Origin: Selaginella moellendorffii
Taxonomy: Eukaryota > Plantae > Lycopodiophyta
Length of the DNA stretch: 64,000 nt
NCBI RefSeq assembly: GCF_000143415.4
Contig: NW_003314348.1
Location: 764,700 to 828,699 of the forward strand
Direction: 5' to 3'
Shown: positions 61,801 through 64,000 of the stretch, piece by piece
How the letters are laid out: every line of letters begins with the position of its first letter
Numbering within the stretch: position 1 is the first letter of the stretch
Program-made: the position numbers and the translations under genes
The notes under the pieces: generated by a model
What the model was told of the DNA's origin: nothing
What the model saw: the letters and a program-made list of their open reading frames with translations, nothing else
The model's database searches: none

Positions 61801-63599
61801 TTCAAGGTTTACACGGACAATGTGGCAACGAAACACTTCTTGTCACAGCCCGACCTAAGAGGGAAACAAGGTCGGTGGGCCAACGCCTTGGCCGAGTTTG
61901 ATTGCAAAATTCTGTACAAGCCTGGGAAGAGCAACATCGTGGCGGATGCGCTAAGTCGAAAAGCGAGCTTGAGGTTGGCAATATCCAGCGCAACAGCAAC
62001 CTTCTGGGACGATGTGCGGACAGCATATGAGAATGATGGTCTAGCACAGGAAGTGTTGCTGAGGAATCTAGAGGCGCGGGAAGCTCACCAGAGAGGTGAG
62101 CTGCTAACGGAAGAGAAAACGGGCTATGCGGAACGCAACAGACTCATTTATTACAAGCAAACGAGGGTGTATGTTCCAGAAGGGGAACTAAGGAAGGTGG
62201 CCTTAGAAGAGTGTCATGACGGACCTCTTGTGGGACACGGTGGAGTGCCCAAGACGATGGGCTTACTCAAAAGGAAGTACCATTGGCCAGATATGGCTAA
62301 GGACGTCCAAGACTATGTAAAGACATGTCCAACATGTCAGCAGGTAAAAGCCGTGACTAAGGCTAGTGGGGGCTTGTTGCAAAGCATCCCAATTCCAGAT
62401 CACCCGTGGAAATGTCTTACGATGGACTTCATCACGGGACTCCCCCCAAGCGAGGGGTTTGATGCGATATTTGTGGTGGTGGACCGATTTTCGAAAATGG
62501 CACATTTCATACCCACCACAACAGAAGTGGATGCGGAAGGTGTGGCGAAGCTGTTCTTTGAGCAAGTGGTTCGAGTGCGGGGAAGACCAGAAGAGATCAT
62601 CTCAGATCGAGATAAGATCTTCACCAGTAGGTTCTGGAGGACTCTCCTTGAACAGTATCGCACCAAGTTGAAATTCAGCACAGCCTATCACCCACAGACA
62701 AGTATGGGGTATTAAGTCAAGTTGTTGGCACTAACACTTCTTGACAGACGGACAAACGGAAAGGGTGAATAGGCAGCTGGAGGATTATTTGCGATGCTAT
62801 GTCTCGGGAGACCAGACCGATTGGGTAAGTCATTTGGGACTTGCGAAAATGTGTTATAACAACTCACCACATTCGAGTATCGGGGTGAGTCCATGGGAAG
62901 TCATCAATGGGCGAGCTATTGAAGGTCCTGTGGAACTCGGCGTGGCCGAGTATCATGGAGAGTTGCCCGCAGTGGAGGCATTCACGGCAGAAAGACTCAG
63001 CATTTGGAATCTAGTGAGGGATTCCTTGGAACGGGCTCAACAAAGGCAAACCAAATACGCGAACCAGAAGCGTCGGGATGTAGAGTTCCAAGCTGGGGAG
63101 AAGGTGTGGCTGAACACCAAGAACCTCAAACTACCAAGTGGGATCAGCCGAAAGTTGACCCAAAGGTAAAGATGCATGTATTCCTGTAAATGAATTGATC
63201 TTGAGTTCCTTAAGCAGGTTCGCGGGGCCTTACGAGATTGAGGCACGAATCGGTAAAGTGGCTTACCGACTCCGACTTCCTCGAGAGATGGGGAAGATGC
63301 ACCCAGTGTTCCACGTGAACTTACTCAAGCCGTACTTTGAGGATCCGCTTCGCAAGGACCAAGTGAGACCTTTGCCTGAGGTTATCCAAGGGGAAGAGGA
63401 ATACGAAGTCGAGGCCATCCTCAATGCGCGCAAGAGCAAGCGACAAGGACGCGAGGTGAGAGAGTTCCATGTGAAGTGGAGAGGATTTCCACACTGCGAA
63501 GCAACATGGGAACCGGAGGAGAACCTAGCGAACGCTCGAGATCTAGTGGAGGAATTTCTGCAAGGCAGAACTCTATGTACTTATGCAAAATTCAATTAA
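58828..63599 (+). CDS. gag-pol: Gag-Pol polyprotein (gag, CCHC knuckle, protease, RT, RNase H, integrase, chromodomain), integrase split by two introns
   Basis: [63 protein letters not shown] and EYEVEAIL...VKWRGF...TWEPEENL. Removing 62702-62747 and 63166-63217 joins three ORFs into one frame. Confidence 0.92.
62702..62747 (+). other. Predicted 46-nt spliceosomal intron in the integrase core
   Basis: GTATGG...CTAAC...TTCTTGACAG; contains an in-frame stop, and removal restores HPQT(N)GQTERVN. Confidence 0.85.
63166..63217 (+). other. Predicted 52-nt spliceosomal intron before the GPY module
   Basis: AAG|GTAAAG...TTAAGCAG|G, AT-rich; removal restores KLTQRFAGPY. Confidence 0.88.
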
Positions 63600-64000
63600 A
63601 AATATCAATTTGCAAAGTTGAGCAAGTGCAATATGTTGGGACCTGAAGGCGCGCCAAAGGTAAGCTAATTAGCATGGGTTGGATAGGTCGACCAGGCGTA
63701 GGGCACTACGCCCGACTCCCCGCGGGGATGTCGAATCCGTAGACGTATTCTACGGAGGTTGGGTTCGAGTCCCAACCCCCTAGTAAAGCAAGGCTGGGTT
63801 CAAGTCCCGACCTCATACTAGGGCGTGGTGAGGTGAGGAGTATAGGGACACCTATATTCCGTTGTCATGGGCTCTTGGCCGGGGAGGCTAACTTAGGCAC
63901 ACCGCTAAGTGGGGGGATGCCCCCGGAGACATGGTCAACAAGTCGTAGGATAAACGAGATGTTCGATGTGGGCATCGAACTTCTTCTAGATACCTAGATT

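Larger units (their letters stand above)
57610..64000 (+). mobile_element. Ty3/Gypsy chromovirus LTR retrotransposon (3' LTR beyond the window)
   Basis: 5' LTR, PBS, gag-PR-RT-RH-IN domain order and C-terminal chromodomain. Candidate TSD GACAG at 57605-57609 (only one side visible). Confidence 0.96.

Noticed and set aside
62715-63195. Stops/frameshifts in integrase read as simple pseudogenisation
   Set aside because: Both breaks coincide with GT-AG-bounded inserts whose removal restores conserved motifs, and the preceding 3.9 kb is intact.
63907-63925. AAGTGGGGGGATG as a polypurine tract and start of the 3' LTR
   Set aside because: The following sequence does not match the 5' LTR start TGTAAGGAACC; the 3' LTR must lie outside the window.
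63650-64000. Hammerhead ribozyme or a true tRNA in the structured region
   Set aside because: No CUGANGA/GAAA core and no complete cloverleaf found by eye.

Overview
Compact, gene-dense plant nuclear DNA with ~45-60 nt GT-AG introns, a PLS-class PPR gene and typical land-plant gene families. These features are most consistent with the lycophyte Selaginella (inferred, not proven). The first ~38 kb holds SEC10 (5'-partial), a DUF3754/TMEM143-like gene, an AUX1/LAX carrier, a kinase-less G-type lectin receptor-like protein, a PTPMT1-like phosphatase, two GH32 cell-wall invertases with 9-nt mini-exons, a plastid-type tRNA-Pro(UGG), a COI1-like F-box gene, a PPR-E gene, a coiled-coil gene, tRNA-Gly(GCC), an intronless polyamine oxidase, a plastid DnaJ and a legumin-like storage globulin. 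The region 38-57.6 kb is repeat-rich: LINE and possible Harbinger relics, and a ~1.9 kb direct repeat bracketing chloroplast MET1 and the 3' end of a callose synthase. From 57.6 kb to the end is a Ty3/Gypsy chromovirus. This element is the most striking item: two host-sized spliceosomal introns interrupt its integrase, and further predicted introns enclose the primer-binding site, the gag/pol junction and a densely structured 3' RNA element. This suggests that splicing separates a translatable mRNA from a replicable genomic RNA.
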